Origin: Octopus bimaculoides
Taxonomy: Eukaryota
Direction: 5' to 3'
DNA length: 64,000 bases
NCBI RefSeq assembly: GCF_001194135.2
Contig: NC_068981.1
Location: forward strand, 64,647,725-64,711,724
Under the pieces are notes generated by a model. The model saw only the letters and a program-made list of their open reading frames with translations. It made no database searches and was not told the origin of the DNA. Shown here one piece after another: positions 54,892-64,000 of this stretch; within the stretch, counting starts at the first letter, position 1; each line of letters opens with the position of its first letter. The translations under genes were made by a program, and so were the position numbers.

Positions 54892-55330
54892 GCCACCATC
54901 ATCATCATCATCATCATCATCATCACGANNNNNNNNNNATCATCATCATCATCGCCACCATCATCATCATCATCATCATCATCATCACGACCACCATCAC
55001 CATCACTGTCATCTTCATCCTCCTCATCATCATCATCATCAACATCATGAGTACAACTAATTACCCCGAAACCACAAGCACCAAGATTGCAACCACCACT
55101 ACCACCAATACCACGTCATCTTCCTTTTGTTCCTCCTCCTTCTCTTCCGCTTTCTCCCCTTCCTTCTCCCCTTCCTTCTCCTCCAAACTCCCAACCATCA
55201 CTTTCACGGATGACACCATAACTACCACCTCCCCCTCTTCCAGTACTGTCACCACCACCCTTACGGCTCCCCCATCAGCACCACTAATTCTAGTACAAAC
55301 ATTACCAATACTATCACCGCCTGTTGAAAG
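53583..55330. repeat. (CAT)/(CAC)/(CAA) low-complexity trinucleotide domain with gaps
   Basis: Direct read; explains the long poly-H/I/M/S ORFs in the track. Confidence 0.9.
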
Positions 55331-55370
55331 CAGTTTTCTCTTATGTTTAAATATTAAAAAAAAATAATAA

Positions 55371-55617
55371 ATGCGCCCTTTTAAAGCCTAGCCAAGCTCA
55401 CGGACCCGGTTTCCCGGTTTCAATGGCGTATGCAAACCCCAGCTAGACGGGACGCCAGTCCATCGCAGCGTTACTCATTTTTTCCAGCTGAGTGAACTGG
55501 AGCAACGTGAAATGAAGTGTTTTGCTCAAGAACACAACGCGTCACCCGGTCCAGGAATCGAAACCATAATCTTACGATCATGGTGCTGACACCCTAACCA
55601 CTAAGCCACGCGCCTCC
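55371..55617 (-). mobile_element. SINE family C, full length
   Basis: Minus strand: ggaggcgcgtggcttagtggttagggtgtc (A box)..ggtttcgattcc (B box)..ttgtgttcttgagcaaaacactt..ctgcgatggactggcgtcccgtc..gaaaccgggaaaccgggtcc. Confidence 0.9.
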
Positions 55618-55740
55618 GCGCGGTTACTTTTACTAAGGGACATGCATTATCTTGTAAGTACCACTATGATATTGCAACAAGCAAAAATGCTAGCTCTAAA
55701 ATCTCGCTAGGATACCAACGCAGTAGTTGTACTAACAAGC

Positions 55741-56015
55741 AATATTCGCTGCCACTTGAACATGGCTCTCTGTTCGAGTGGAGTTTACTGTGATTTTTTA
55801 ACCCCAAGAGGACATCTCATTTAGCTGGTTAACGATGCACAGTTGCATCTGATAAAACTATAACCGTTTTGGTGGAGGTTCGCTCCCCTGCTCGCAATTT
55901 TATCGGATGCTGTTGTGCATTATTAAACAGCTAGAGGAGATGTGTTCTTGCGGTTTAAAAAATCGCAGTAGAGTCCGCTCGAAGGGACAGCCATGTTGAA
56001 GTGGCTACGAATATT
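55741..56015. mobile_element. Palindromic (MITE/foldback-like) element, ~117-bp arms, 40-bp spacer
   Basis: Arms 55741-55857 and 55898-56015 are reverse complements at about 80% identity (my hand alignment); homologous to 61997-62819. Confidence 0.8.
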
Positions 56016-56823
56016 ACTTACCATTATGATAATTAACAAAAAAAAAATACAAAACTATAACTTCTCGATCACTACGCAACCTCTCCGCTACCGCCAACGA
56101 CATGACCTCTCCTTCCACTTCTATCCCTCGCACCGACACCACTTCCATCACCCATCACAACTACCATCATCATCATCATCATCAGTATCGTCGCTGTCGT
56201 CATCATCAAGACCGTCGTCGTCGTCATCATCATTATGAACGTCACTGCTCACCCCAACAACGCCATACTTGCCACCGGGCATTCATTATCAACCCAACCA
56301 CCTCAACCAACGCCAACTCAACCACTGCAAAACTATCACCACCGCCACTTACACCAACAGTAGTACCGTCACCCCGACCACCATTACCACCAACCAAAGA
56401 ACCACTCGTGTATATATNNNNNNNNNNGGGTGGTGCCTGTATGTGTGTGTGTGTGTGTGTGCGTGCGTGTACGTGTGTGTGTGTGCGTGTGTCTGTCTGT
56501 GTGTGTGTGTGTGTGTACATGTATGTACTAGCGCGTAAATACATTTGGGTGTCTCCCACTTTAATCTGAAAACAAAGTCCGGTTAAGAATCCGTTGATAA
56601 GCAAATATAAGTTATTCTAAAGGAACAAGGGTTCTGCACTAGTTAAGACCTAATTATGCTGGAGCTGATAAATAATGGCAAAGTTTACATTACGACGCGT
56701 CAACAGTCCCCAACGCTTGATCAAGTTGTCTGACCTTTCCAACACCTTCAGCTTCCTTCTGGTTCCACACTGGCTCTCAATGCTCAAAGAGACAAAATAA
56801 AAGATAAAGATAAATTGTATAAA

Positions 56824-56856
<33 letters not shown>

Positions 56857-56889
56857 TGAGTGAGTTCATATGTGTGTGTNNNNNNNNNN

Positions 56890-56935
<46 letters not shown>

Positions 56936-57220
56936 TGTTGGAGGGAAGTATGGCTGCGTGGTTAACAAGTTCGCCTTCTCATAAATAGAGTGGTATTTTA
57001 CCATAGTCTTGGGTCGACCAAAAACGTTTTCAGTGAAATTTGGGAGATGAAAACTGTGCGGAAGCCCATCGAATATAATTTATGAAGAATGATGAAAACC
57101 AATAAAAAAAGTTATAAAGAATACCAGAAATAGTTATATTTTGTTGTTAATTTATTAATTTATTTATATTAATATTATTGTTTCTCCAACCATTATTAAT
57201 ATTAGTGGAAATGTCTTTTC

Positions 57221-57355
57221 GTTCTGAGTTCAAATTCTGCCGAGGCCAACTTTTCCTTTCATCCTTTCGAGGTCCATAAAATAAGTACTAATTGAGTATT
57301 GGAGACGACGTAATCCCCGAAATTGCTGGCCATGTGCCAAAATATGCAACCAATA
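57221..57355 (+). mobile_element. SINE family A, 5'-truncated, tail type 3
   Basis: gttctgagttcaaattctgccgagg..cctttcatcctttcgaggtccataaaataagtact..gctggccatgtgccaaaat. Confidence 0.85.
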
Positions 57356-57369
57356 TTAGAAGAAATGTC

Positions 57370-58345
57370 GGATAGAAAGGATGGCAGATGGTAAAACTGA
57401 CAGTACGCTACATAAACATTCTGCTGGACGGCATGGACCCGCTTCTCCAGGTGCTGAGCTGGACGCCCCCAACTTTGCCTGATTAACTTTTAGCTCCTGC
57501 TACTGCTTAATACTCCGTCAGAACAATGCCGATCAATTCCATGAGCTTGGAATCAGACATTATAACAGTGAAGTCTATCTCACATGCTGATACAGCTCTC
57601 CGACTTCCTCGTTCGCACGAAACATCCTTTAAAACCTCTGAGGTCTGCAGTAATGGTTCAAACGCCAGTATGTGCTGAAGAGGAGAAAAAAGGTAGTGTT
57701 CACGAACCGAACACATAATACTGAAGATTTCCGAGAGTTGATCATTTGCTCTGAACACTTAGTAGAAAGGGGCGCTGTACATTGCAGCGAATTAACCTAT
57801 GAAGACGGGGTCAAAATCAGCTCCCATAAGGATACCCGCGAAATAAAGAAAGTTAGTCCTACCGAAAACTTTCGACTGATTTAAATTGATCAGGGTTCCA
57901 TCTATACCAGGTTCTTTAAACACCTTTTCTGTAATGCATAGCGTCAAGTAGATGTTATGAATTGATCTGTTTTGGATGGTGCATGTTTGTGTCTCACTCA
58001 CCAGACAATCAACAATAAATACAATCTCTTTGCGAAACGTTGGCGAATGTCTTCAAATCTGCACTGAGGAGAGCTACAGGCCTGAAGTTAACATTATTCC
58101 ATTGTTCTAATCCTTTCTCAACAACCCCACCACACTTTTTTCGCCGGACTGGAAATTCTTCCGCTTTGTTGCAAGTTTGAATGGATATCTGCCAAGTTCT
58201 CTGAACAAGTCTGACAGAAGAAGATAAAATTTGTAGAGCAGATCGTACGGACTCGGTGATTTCTCCCGCGTGCAGCCAGCTATTGCTTGCTGTATATCAT
58301 CAGCTGTAGGGTCTACTATTCCAGTCATTGCAAAACTTCCCACCA
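57370..58345 (-). pseudogene. L1/Tx1-clade LINE reverse transcriptase remnant
   Basis: Ordered minus fragments EKSPSPYDLLYKFY..VVGLLRKD..QTCTIQNRSIHN..LINLNQSKVFGR..SVREHYLFSPLQHILAFEPL..VSACEIDFTV correspond to KSPGxDG, LDQxKAFDR, VRQGCPLSP and YADD motifs. Confidence 0.85.
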
Positions 58346-58444
58346 CAGCTCACTATAATTATCGTCCTTTTTTTTTCACTTACATTTTACATTCATCTTC
58401 ATCGCGAAAAAGAACACATTTATAAACTATTACATGCTAGCTAA

Positions 58445-58473
58445 CAGAAGCTGAAAGAAGCTCGTCGTATATA

Positions 58474-58517
<44 letters not shown>

Positions 58518-58785
58518 CGCGCGTGTATGTATGTATGTATGTATGTATGTATTTGTGTGTATATGTTTGTGTGTCTATGTTTTTCTCCCCAACATCGCTT
58601 GACCACCGATGCTAGTGTGTTTACGTCCCCATAAGTTAGCATTTCGGGAAAAGAGACCGATAAAATAAGTACTAGGCTTACAAAAAAAATAAGTCCTGGG
58701 GTCGGTTTGCTCGACTAACGGCGGTGCTCCAGTATGGCCGCAGTCAAATGACTGAAACCAGTAAAAGAACAGTAAAGAAAAGAAC
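58445..58785 (+). mobile_element. SINE family B, 5'-truncated, with internal compound microsatellite
   Basis: gaagctgaaagaagctcgtcgtata, (TG)n(CG)n(TATG)n, then the standard 3' half. Confidence 0.9.
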
Positions 58786-59218
58786 CATTAGAGTACGGGA
58801 CAAAATGCATTGCGAAGATTTCTTGTGTCTCTTAACGTTCTTATACATTTTAGGTCAGTTCTGACTTTCATTCTACCAGTCAAGTAATAAATGCAATCAA
58901 CTGCTGCCATTTCCCTGAAAATTTCTCGCTTTTGTGTAAATTAAACTTATACGGGGGTGAGGGAATTGTAGAATGGTTGCCGTCGGATAAAGTGCCTACA
59001 GTATTTATTTACAGCACTTTAGTTTCTTTGCTCAAATTCCATCGTTATTAATTTTGCTGTTTTATTCTTCAGGGATCTATAAAATAAAGTATCGATCAAA
59101 TACTGGGGTCATTTGAATCCGCTGTTACGTCACAATTTTTGGTAATGTGCCGATAGTAGAAAATATGATTAGATTATAATTTCTGCAGGATTTTATCCAG
59201 TTATATTTTGATCCCATT

Positions 59219-59254
<36 letters not shown>

Positions 59255-59338
59255 TCTCTGTTTCTCTCATTCTCTCTCTCTTTCTTTCTACCCTCTCTCT
59301 CTTTTCTTTTACACTTTGTTCTCTACTTTTACTATATT

Positions 59339-59542
59339 GGTTTCAAATTTTGGTACAAGGGGTAGCTGTAGGTCCATTATATCGACTTCAATGCTCAACT
59401 GGTACTTTTTTTTTTTTCTATTTCATCTGCCTCGAAAGAATGAAATATAAAGTCGACGTCGGCGGAATTTGAACTCAGAACATAAAAAACGGACAAAATG
59501 TCGCTAAGCATTTTGCCCAAAGCGCCGGTGATTTTGCCAGCT
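59339..59542 (-). mobile_element. SINE family A, diverged, tail type 3
   Basis: ggtttcaaattttggtacaagg..aaagtcgacgtcggcggaatttgaactcagaac. Confidence 0.75.
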
Positions 59543-59840
59543 TAAAACTTCTACCAGCGTCGAACGACTTTTAGAGAGAAGTTGACGGATAGTGGGCCGC
59601 TTATATCTTTGAGCACAGAAGTGAATATGAATGTGTATATGTGGATGTTTGTATGTGAGTGACTGAATGAGTTAGCTAGTCTCTGTGTGCGTGTGCCTGT
59701 GTGCCCCGTATAAAAGTGTGTGTCTGTGCGAATGTATGTGCGTGTGTTTATATTGCGTGTGTCAATATGTAATGTGTCATTGTGACGTGTATGTATGAAT
59801 ATTAGTATAAATATAGGTGCGTAATTGTGAGTGTGTGTGT

Positions 59841-60207
59841 GCTAGTCAATATTAGTGTTACCGTGAGTGTATGTCCGAGTGTGGGTTTTAGCGGATATTA
59901 ATGTTACGGTGTGTGTGTGTGTGTATCTGTCTGTGTGTGCTAGTCAATATTTGTGTTACAGTGAGTGTGTGTGTTAGTGGATATTAGTGTTACGGTGTGT
60001 GTGTCTGTCTGTGTGTGCTAGTCAATATTAGTGTTACAGTGTCCGAGCGTGTGTTTTAGCGGATATTAGTGTTACGGTGTGTGTGTGTCTGTCTGTGTGT
60101 GCTAGTCAATATTAGTGTTACAGCGTGTGCGTGTGTGTTAGTGGATATTAGTGTTACGGTGTTACGGTGTGTGTGTGCGTGTGTGCTAGTCAATATTAGT
60201 GTTACAG
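59841..60207. repeat. Alternating A/B minisatellite with (GT)-rich linkers
   Basis: Motif A gctagtcaatattagtgttac x5 alternates with motif B ag(c/t)ggatattagtgttacgg x4. Confidence 0.9.
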
Positions 60208-61494
60208 TGTGTGTGTGTGTGCGAGTATGTGTGTCAGTATATGAGTATGCGTGCTAATACGTGGTGGGGAGGTGCAGTGCATGAGTATATCTATACCAGT
60301 GCGTATGTATGTGCATGTGTGTATATATGTGCATGTTCTTTCCGTACGTGTGCATATGCAGTGCTTTCTATACGTGAATATAGTGAATAACGGCGGAGTG
60401 AGTGAGTGAGTGGAATTGTGGGTACCGTTTAGTCCCTTGTTAGCGCGCTGACACACGTTCAACTACGATAGGACGCGTGCTTTCACAGTATTTCTTTCAG
60501 AGGCTCGCAGCCGTTTGAAAATTACGAGCATCAGCAGCAGTACCACCACCACCACCACCACCACTACCACTACCACACGACCACTACCAACAGCAGCAGC
60601 AGCAGCAGTTGCTATCGCCTCCACCTAACCTCGCTACCACAAAAGACGGTTGACATAGACACGGTTCATGACAATAAACCTTTACCACAACAAACCGGGA
60701 AATGGCACATCAATGGCGGACCAAAAGGAAGAAGTGTGTGTTGTATGTTACGTTCTCTGGATGTATGATGGGTGTGTGCGTTGTTATTAGTGGTGGTGGT
60801 GGTGGTGGTGGTGGTGGTAGNNNNNNNNNNNNNNNNNNNNNNNNNNNNNNNNNNNNNNNNNNNNNNNNNNNNNNNNNNNNNNNNNNNNNNNNNNNNNNNN
60901 NNNNNNNNNNNNNNNNNNNNNNNNNNNNNNNNNNNNNNNNNNNNNNNNNNNNNNNNNNNNNNNNNNNNNNNNNNNNNNNNNNNNNNNNNNNNNNNNNNNN
61001 NNNNNNNNNNNNNNNNNNNNNNNNNNNNNNNNNNNNNNNNNNNNNNNNNNNNNNNNNNNNNNNNNNNNNNNNNNNNNNNNNNNNNNNNNNNNNNNNNNNN
61101 NNNNNNNNNNNNNNNNNNNNNNNNNNNNNNNNNNNNNNNNNNNNNNNNNNNNNNNNNNNNNNNNNNNNNNNNNNNNNNNNNNNNNNNNNNNNNNNNNNNN
61201 NNNNNNNNNNNNNNNNNNNNNNNNNNNNNNNNNNNNNNNNNNNNNNNNNNNNNNNNNNNNNNNNNNNNNNNNNNNNNNNNNNNNNNNNNNNNNNNNNNNN
61301 NNNNNNNNNNNNNNNNNNNNNNNNNNNNNNNNNNNNNNGGAGGAGGAGGAGGAGGACGACGACGACGACGATGACAATAGCAACAATAACAACCACATCA
61401 AAACGACGGTGGCCTAAACGGCAGAAAAGGATATTTCTAAATACCCTTATCTACCGTTTTCTACCTTAGAGGCACGTATAGGTCTATTTGAAGC

Positions 61495-61661
61495 TAGGAG
61501 TGGCTGTGTGGTAAGTAACTTGCTTACCAACCCCATGGTTCCGGGTTCAGCCCCACTGCTGGGAACCTTGGGCGAGTGTCTTCTACTATAGCCTCGGGCC
61601 AACCAAAGCCTTGTGAGTGGATTTGGTAGACGGAAACTGATAGAAGCCCGTCGTATATGTG

Positions 61662-61720
<59 letters not shown>

Positions 61721-61938
61721 GTATATGCTTGTGTGTCTGCGTTTGTCCTCCCACCATCGTTTGACAACCGATGTTGGTGTATTTATGTCCCTGTTACATA
61801 GTGATTCGACAAAAATGACCGATAGAATAAGTACTAGGTTTACAAAGAATAAGGCCTTGGGTTGATTTGCACGACTAAAGGCGGTGCTCCAGCATGGCCA
61901 CAGTCAAACGACTGAAACAAATAAAAGAATAAAAGAAT
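61495..61938 (+). mobile_element. SINE family B, full length, with internal (GATA)n
   Basis: aggagtggctgtgtggtaagtaacttgc..ggttcagccccactg..accttgggcgagtgtctt..(GATA)n..gctccagcatggccacagtcaaacgactgaaacaaataaaagaataaaaga. Confidence 0.95.
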
Positions 61939-61996
61939 ATATATATATATATAGCAATGTTAATTCTCTAAATGAAGTATTAACAGTAACTGCACG

Positions 61997-62819
61997 ATAA
62001 AGTGTAGTATATTGCCACTTAAGTGTGGCTGACCCCTAGGGGTGGATGTTACTGTTGCTTTTAGCCCCAGGATGACATCTCCTCCAGCTGGCTTATCGAC
62101 ACACGNNNNNNNNNNNNNNNNNNNNNNNNNNNNNNNNNNNNNNNNNNNNNNNNNNNNNNNNNNNNNNNNNNNNNNNNNNNNNNNNNNNNNNNNNNNNNNN
62201 NNNNNNNNNNNNNNNNNNNNNNNNNNNNNNNNNNNNNNNNNNNNNNNNNNNNNNNNNNNNNNNNNNNNNNNNNNNNNNNNNNNNNNNNNNNNNNNNNNNN
62301 NNNNNNNNNNNNNNNNNNNNNNNNNNNNNNNNNNNNNNNNNNNNNNNNNNNNNNNNNNNNNNNNNNNNNNNNNNNNNNNNNNNNNNNNNNNNNNNNNNNN
62401 NNNNNNNNNNNNNNNNNNNNNNNNNNNNNNNNNNNNNNNNNNNNNNNNNNNNNNNNNNNNNNNNNNNNNNNNNNNNNNNNNNNNNNNNNNNNNNNNNNNN
62501 NNNNNNNNNNNNNNNNNNNNNNNNNNNNNNNNNNNNNNNNNNNNNNNNNNNNNNNNNNNNNNNNNNNNNNNNNNNNNNNNNNNNNNNNNNNNNNNNNNNN
62601 NNNNNNNNNNNNNNNNNNNNNNNNNNNNNNNNNNNNNNNNNNNNNNNNNNNNNNNNNNNNNNNNNNNNNNNNNNNNNNNNNNNNNNNNNNNNNNGCAAAC
62701 AGGACACAGTCGTGTGTCGATAAGCCAGCTGGAGGAGATGTCCTCCTGGGGCTAAAAGCAACAGTAACATCCACCCCTAGGGGTCAGCCACACTTAAGTG
62801 GCAATATACTACACTTTAT
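61997..62819. mobile_element. Palindromic element, 109-bp arms with 1 mismatch, centre in N-gap
   Basis: 61997-62105 is the reverse complement of 62711-62819 except ggatgac/ggaggac. Confidence 0.7.
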
Positions 62820-63799
62820 ATATATATATATATATATATATAAACGAATTAGAAGTAATGTTATGCTACTTCGTATTAATCCTTATTATCATTATTATTA
62901 ATATATATATATCGGGAACGTGAAACTCAGAGTAACGGTTTTTTGTTATATTTCTGCTGCTTTTAAATAAAGCATATTACTCTACCTCTGGTATTTGAGT
63001 ACTCCACAATATGCGGCCGTAATGGATGCGATGAATATTGGATAAGACGAGCCTTCGTCATTAGGTAATTTTGTATTTCATACCCCAACTATCATATATA
63101 ATATATCTAATTTGTTCATCTATATAATTATACATATATATATATAGCCCTCAGATGATGTTTAAGACCAGCTACTGACTGACAGAGTTTAAAACATAAG
63201 TAAAAGATATTCAAATTCCTTCTACATCTTTGCCCTTTGGAATCTGATTCTGAAGAAATGTTTTTTGTGAACAAGCATATGTCTTTTAAGTCCAGATATT
63301 GTCTTACAAGATTTGTGATATATGACACAAGAGGTGGTCGGGATTCAGGGTTATCACCTGCATGGGCATTTAAGTTTTCATGTGACTGCACATAATCCAC
63401 GTATCTTGCTCTTGACAACAGGACACGATCGCACACAATACATATTCAATATTCACTGTTGATNNNNNNNNNNCTTTTCTCCTTTTTTTTTTTTTTTCTT
63501 TTTTTTTACTTACGAACGCACGTTCGTGAGATGGTTGTGATATATAAACAGTTTTGAATAGGAACTGGAAAGAGAAGTATGGACACGCAATGCGCATGTG
63601 CACTCTGAATTCATAACACGGAAGAGGAGAATAAAAATGCAATGCGCGTATCGAAGTAAAACGGAAGAGAAGAATAAAAACGCAATGTCATACAAATTAT
63701 ATGGTGGTCTCCATGCAATTTTCTTGTTAGGAATAATTGTTTCTACCCAGCCAGCAAGATCTAGTTTATGCTTTAAGCTTGCTCGTTTCAATCCTCTTT

Positions 63800-64000
63800 T
63801 CTCTTTTCTCTTGTTCTCTTTTTACTTGTTTCAGTCATTTGACTGCGGCCATGCTGGTGCACCGCCTTTAGTCGAGCAAATCAACCCCAGGACTTATTCT
63901 TTGAATGCTTAGTACTTATTGTATCGGTCTCTTTTGCCGAACTGCTAAGTTACGGGAACCTAAACACACCATCATCGGTTGTCAAGCGATGTTGGGGGGA
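63800..64000 (-). mobile_element. SINE family B, 3' half, runs off the window
   Basis: tttacttgtttcagtcatttgactgcggccatgctggtgcaccgcctttagtcgagcaaatc..catcggttgtcaagcgatgttgg. Confidence 0.9.

Noticed and set aside
59841-60207. CRISPR-like appearance of the repeat-linker array
   Set aside because: The linkers are GT microsatellite variants, not unique spacers; two alternating motifs; eukaryotic context with no cas genes.
60501-60768. 88-codon open frame after an acceptor-like site (GSQPFENYEHQQQYHHH..)
   Set aside because: Openness is largely due to trinucleotide repeats; no convincing donor or homology.

Overview
AT-rich animal genomic DNA from a gapped scaffold (20 N-runs). I recognise no intact protein-coding gene, rRNA, tRNA gene or CRISPR array; nearly all ORFs in the supplied track are translations of microsatellites or N-runs. 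The repeat repertoire (three tRNA-derived SINE families, one with an internal microsatellite slot, plus very dense (TA)n/(CA)n/(GATA)n/(CAT)n arrays) resembles an octopus genome; this is inference from recall, not a search. Supported content: about 20 SINE copies; decayed DNA transposons (two maT/DD37D-type, one Tigger/pogo, one further Tc1/mariner fragment, one hAT-Charlie-type non-autonomous element); and decayed LINE fragments (CR1/L2-type x2, RTE, L1/Tx1). The best second-look items are structural: a two-copy family of ~110-bp-arm palindromic elements (55.7 kb, 62 kb), a 62-nt hairpin whose only mismatches are G.U-compatible (4.6 kb), an alternating A/B higher-order minisatellite (59.8 kb), SINE tail swapping and insertion into microsatellites, head-to-head SINE pairs, and a few candidate small exons and promoters of an unidentified + strand host gene. 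None is established as a new biological system from sequence alone.
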